A DNA stretch of 64,000 nucleotides from Takakia lepidozioides (Eukaryota; Plantae; Bryophyta). The position numbers and the translations under genes are program-made. Of this stretch, positions 62,292 to 64,000 are shown in pieces (positions within the stretch are counted from its first letter, which is position 1; every line of letters starts with the position of its first letter). The notes under the pieces are model-generated. The model worked only from the letters and a program-made list of their open reading frames with translations. It did not search any database and was not told the origin of the DNA. The stretch spans positions 79,918,001 through 79,982,000 of the forward strand of contig CM060731.1 in NCBI GenBank assembly GCA_030704615.1, given 5' to 3'.

Positions 62292-63499
62292 GATAGATCA
62301 GATATTTATCGTTTTGGTGCAACTGCACCCTATAAATGCACCATGCCTCAAAACAAGTAACTCCTATGACCACGGTTTAGAAACATACAACCCCCATGAC
62401 CGTGGGTTGTGCTGACGTGAGCATGCTCACGATATGCTCACAGGATACCAACCCCCCGCACAATGTTGGCGAGACAAAGATGAGCCACCAATAGTGGCCT
62501 AAGCTAAGAGACAATGAAATACTAGTAGCTTCGGGCTTGCATTTCGCATGCTCGTAAATCAACTAAATTTCCTATTGCGGAAGAACATACAATGGCGCTA
62601 GTTGACCTCATTCTCTTCACCATCAACAACAAAAAAGAGAAATGGGCACTATGAAAGCTCACCGCACGGAGGGGGGGCATCGTTCCAGGTAACTCAAGAT
62701 TCAGAATTCCTTGTGCACAGGGAACCTCCATTTCCTGGCCAGGAACTATCAAAGCCTTTGAATAATTTGATTCTCGATTTTTCGGCGCATCTACAAACAG
62801 CTGTATAAAGAGCCTGCCAAGACTTACAGCTAGCTTCAAACATAAATAAGAGTGAACCGTCTAATACAACAGCACTCTCAAACTTGGCATTTTTCCTTCA
62901 AATACTAAACCACATCTAAGTTTTCAAAGATAACACATGTACCATCAACATTACCCAAACTAGGCCATAGTATTCCCGAGTGATAGATTAACAAATGAAT
63001 AGCATTGCCGGTACTGCGCAGTACTAATCTCTAGTGTGCATAAAAAGAATCAGTTAGATGTCAGGATCTTTATGCCAAATGACAATTAAGTTGGTAACCG
63101 CGTTCAATAGGTTTTGTTTCTTGCAAACTGCAAAGATCACATACCATAGCAACAAGATTGTCACCACATACAGAAGGCCGCCACCGGAATGATCCTATTA
63201 ACTATTTTCCAAAAGAGGGCACTTAGCTTCGCTGCTCTATCATTTCTCCATATTCTAGCCCATATCACTCAGCCCATATCACTTTTAAGACCGAAGGGGC
63301 AGAAGATATATGTGATGCCCATTTCAAACTATACCACTTCAAATCCATCAAGTTTATGGGGACTAGAAGAGGGCATCTCATCTTATAAACTGTGCAAGCC
63401 AAAAATAGGTCATGGTCTTTCGACATCCATATCCATTCACATGGATCAAATTGCACTAGAACAATATGGGCATTAAAGATCAACCAACATAGGTTGTCC

Positions 63500-64000
63500 T
63501 TATAATACTGGAAAACATTGAAGGGTGTTCTCCGGCACATGGCATCATAGATGCCTTGGGAATGGCTACCCAATATAATACTAGCTTCAACCAGATTGTG
63601 ATGAGACTTTTCAAAGGCACTTGAACGTCATTAAAGGTCAATATTGCTATTCAAATATTGTACAGTGTAATTGCAGGGGGAAAAGAACATTCAATGGCAG
63701 AAGTGTTGTCCAGTTGAACTTTGGACCAACAACAAGGCATGTTCAAGTTAACTATGAAGAACAACGTTGCTGCAGCAATGGCTCCACCTTTTGACCTAAA
63801 TCCATTGACAAGGCTTTGGCGGATTGTTACCGCATCTAAGGTGTTGGTTCACATCTTTCCATAATATACTAAAATTACTGAGATTGCAATGGTGCAGGTT
63901 GTTGGCAGTGTGGAGGACGAAAGGTGCTTTAACACTTTGGGTTTTGTCATGTCAAAATTACACAACATGCTTACCACCCATTTGCCTCTTGTTGTGCACA
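63500..64000 (+). pseudogene. C-terminal fragment of a second hAT-family transposase, runs off the window
   Basis: PAHGIIDALG; NPLTRLWRIV..FP*YTKITEIAMVQVVGSVEDERCFNTLGFVMSKLHNMLTTHLPLVV, resembling the hAT dimerisation S..ER.FS motif; contains stops. Confidence 0.75.

Overview
Land-plant (probably bryophyte-grade) nuclear DNA. Host genes: a TrmO-like tRNA methyltransferase (minus strand) head-to-head with an alpha/beta-hydrolase, a NIPA/DUF803 Mg2+-transporter-like gene, two convergent SAURs, and a decayed inverted copy of the hydrolase gene. These sit among many transposons: CACTA, an RLE-type LINE, a dispersed LINE 3'-end family, a hAT element and its MITEs. The standout is a young ~10.9-kb Ty3/Gypsy element (36629-47485, 4-bp TSD AACT) inserted in the hAT transposase. 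(i) It encodes a complete DNMT3-like C5 cytosine methyltransferase between protease and RT. (ii) Its integrase ends in a PHD finger. (iii) It has no tRNA PBS but a likely self-priming site. (iv) Its terminal repeats are permuted (A...B-gc-A-t-B), as if a 2-LTR circle was opened at an internal GACA^GC^TGTC palindrome and integrated by the DDE integrase. A second chromatin-writer cargo, a SET domain, lies inside the CACTA element at the window start. All calls come from motif recognition by eye; no searches were run.
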